A stretch of 28,400 nucleotides of DNA. Source: an uncultured virus (IMG/VR IMGVR_UViG_3300031370_000004) (lineage: Duplodnaviria > Heunggongvirae > Uroviricota > Caudoviricetes). Below, one piece after another: positions 26,864 to 28,400 of the stretch. The stretch covers positions 62,001 through 90,400 of the IMG/VR virus record IMGVR_UViG_3300031370_000004. One strand, written 5' to 3'. Every line of letters starts with the position of its first letter. Within the stretch, counting starts at the first letter, position 1. Made by a program: the position numbers and the translations under genes. The notes beneath the pieces were generated by a model. That model saw only the letters and a program-made list of their open reading frames with translations. It did no database searches and was not told the DNA's origin.

Positions 26864-27310
26864 ATGGTTGATGTCTCAAAGACACTTTATAAAGCCAAAA
26901 TGCTGGACTACTACTTCGACCGACAGGCCGCGTCATCGATAGGGCAGGGCAGCCGCTTTGTTATTTCAAAAGCCGTATTTGGCACAAGTTCGCTTGTCAC
27001 AAAAAATAGCGCCGGTCGATATGACATCGCCGCCATTCCCCCTGATTTTAAAATAGGGGATCTCTTAACGCCGTTTTGCACAGTTGTTCCAACCCTGTCT
27101 TACAACAACGGCATCATTCTCATTCGCGCAGACCTGGACCCGACGCAGCTCGACCCGGACCGCTCTTACACCTTCAATACGTTGGTGATCCTTGATAACG
27201 AAATGAAAGCCTGCGCCGTAATGTGCGTGCAGGAGGACTCTTTGTATGTCGGAAAGGGATACACGGGGTTGATGGAGCTCGATGTCTCCGGGAGTGATGA
27301 CCATGCGTAA
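26864..27310 (+). CDS. Tail fibre attachment/assembly protein (P1 gpR-like)
   Basis: Likely start 26864 after GGAG. LDYY...GSRFVISKAVFGTSSLVTK...FNTLVILDNE...CVQEDSLYVGK closely matches recalled P1 R. Confidence 0.85.
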   Translation: MVDVSKTLYKAKMLDYYFDRQAASSIGQGSRFVISKAVFGTSSLVTKNSAGRYDIAAIPPDFKIGDLLTPFCTVVPTLSYNNGIILIRADLDPTQLDPDRSYTFNTLVILDNEMKACAVMCVQEDSLYVGKGYTGLMELDVSGSDDHA

Positions 27311-27343
27311 ACAAGCCATTACCACACGACAGGAGCGCAGCTC

Positions 27344-28400
27344 ATGACCGTTGTTATCGCTAAATCATACCCGGATGCTGCAACGCTAAAGCTGGTGGCC
27401 GATATTCAATTTCGGGAGCCGTATGCGTCTGGGGCCATGAACCGCAAGCTTCGGGGCATTCTGTTCCCGGGGATTTACTCTGGTTTCTATCCAGTGCCCG
27501 GCGCAGGACTGAATCTGAAAATTACGTCGTTGTCTGCAACAGACCAGACTGGCACTGCCTCCCTGGACTTTGGTATGTACCAGATATCGGTGCGCCATCA
27601 GTCCGATCTGACCGTTGCGTTAACCGCCGGGACTAACAAAATTGTTGCGCTGCAGGCAATGTATGGTATTGGCGTGGAAACGTACCAGGTAAACAGTGAT
27701 TCTACCATCCAGGCAGCAGAAATCGTTTTACTGGATATCAATGCAACGTTAGCCACTAATCAACTGGAAATTTGTAAGGTCAGGATCCCCGCCGGAGCTA
27801 CACAGCTGACTGCAGCGATGATTGACCTCTCAGGGCGTAAAGTCCGCCGGGTTGGTATCGAATTCAGCTCAGAGATCGATAAGACCGACGAGGATGTTGC
27901 GGCCACTTCTCTGGCAGTTAAGCGAGCTATAGCCTCGATAGTTGACAGCGCACCAACAGCGCTGAATACGCTGAAAAAAATAGCAGCTGCTATCAACAAT
28001 GATCCTGCGTTCTACACCACACTCACCGATTTGCTGGCACTCAAAGCGCCGCTGGCAAGCCCGGCCCTCACCGGCACGCCGACCGCGCCGACCGCAGCGC
28101 AGACGGTCAATAACACCCAGATCGCCACCACAGCATTTGTGAAGGCGGCGCTGGCAGCCCTGGTGGATTCCGCACCGGGAACCCTGGATACCCTGAACGA
28201 GCTGGCAACGGCGCTGGGTAACGATCCAAACTTCGCCACCACCATGAGCAACCTGCTGGGACTTAAAGCGCCTCTGGCCAGCCCGGCGCTCACCGGTACG
28301 CCAACAGGGCCGACCGCAGCGGCGGGCACTAACACCACGCAGCTGTCCACCACGGCGTTCGTGCAGGCTGCGATCACAGCCCTGAACACCACGATCAACA
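27344..28400 (+). CDS. Tail fibre protein S-like, N-terminal part (runs off the window)
   Basis: AGGAG RBS at 27331. MTVVIAKSYPDAATLKLVADIQFREPY...NRKLRGI resembles the P1 S constant region, followed by KAPLASPALTGTPTAPT fibre repeats. No stop in the window. Confidence 0.9.
   Translation, partial: MTVVIAKSYPDAATLKLVADIQFREPYASGAMNRKLRGILFPGIYSGFYPVPGAGLNLKITSLSATDQTGTASLDFGMYQISVRHQSDLTVALTAGTNKIVALQAMYGIGVETYQVNSDSTIQAAEIVLLDINATLATNQLEICKVRIPAGATQLTAAMIDLSGRKVRRVGIEFSSEIDKTDEDVAATSLAVKRAIASIVDSAPTALNTLKKIAAAINNDPAFYTTLTDLLALKAPLASPALTGTPTAPTAAQTVNNTQIATTAFVKAALAALVDSAPGTLDTLNELATALGNDPNFATTMSNLLGLKAPLASPALTGTPTGPTAAAGTNTTQLSTTAFVQAAITALNTTIN
27940..28383 (+). repeat. Tandem 222-bp (74-aa) tail fibre repeat
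   Basis: AAAGCGCC.CTGGC.AGCCCGGC.CTCACCGG at 28043 and 28265. VDSAP..L.TL..A.A..NDP.F occurs twice. Boundaries approximate. Confidence 0.85.

Larger units (their letters stand above)
1..28400. mobile_element. P1-like myophage / phage-plasmid segment
   Basis: Gene content and block order match P1 morphogenesis modules, plus dmt, rdgC and a humD-like gene. No host housekeeping genes are present. Confidence 0.9.

Noticed and set aside
295..28398. Many long minus-strand ORFs (e.g. 1077-1718, 13280-14170, 16650-17459, 28012-28398)
   Set aside because: They are antisense shadows of well-supported + strand genes, with no recognisable motifs.

Overview
This is a segment of a P1-like (Punavirus-type) myophage or phage-plasmid, with almost all genes on the + strand. 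In order: neck and baseplate genes (25, 7, 24, 6, 5-like); rdgC plus a DNA methyltransferase cluster (beta-class N4/N6 MTase and a Dcm-Dam fusion, Dmt); PAAR and UpfB-like spike-tip genes; an Rz/Rz1 spanin pair; a minus-strand accessory island (LexA box, small ORF, degenerate HumD/UmuD'-like gene, HigBA-like toxin-antitoxin pair); then major capsid, sheath, gp21-like, tube and tube initiators, adaptor, tail chaperone, tape measure with a lytic transglycosylase domain, baseplate wedge, R and the start of tail fibre S. P1 gene names come from recalled sequence resemblance and synteny, not from a database search. The main hidden signals are: (1) an asymmetric ACACTAAA-Y-W-W-T-W-W motif in front of six + strand gene blocks; (2) an ATG-less +1-frame ORF behind a CCC-TTT-CGG site in the tail chaperone gene, a candidate programmed frameshift; (3) a nested alternative-frame ORF inside the C5-MTase that resembles the M.EcoHK31I beta subunit; (4) recurrent M-x-E-S/A candidate prohead-protease sites.
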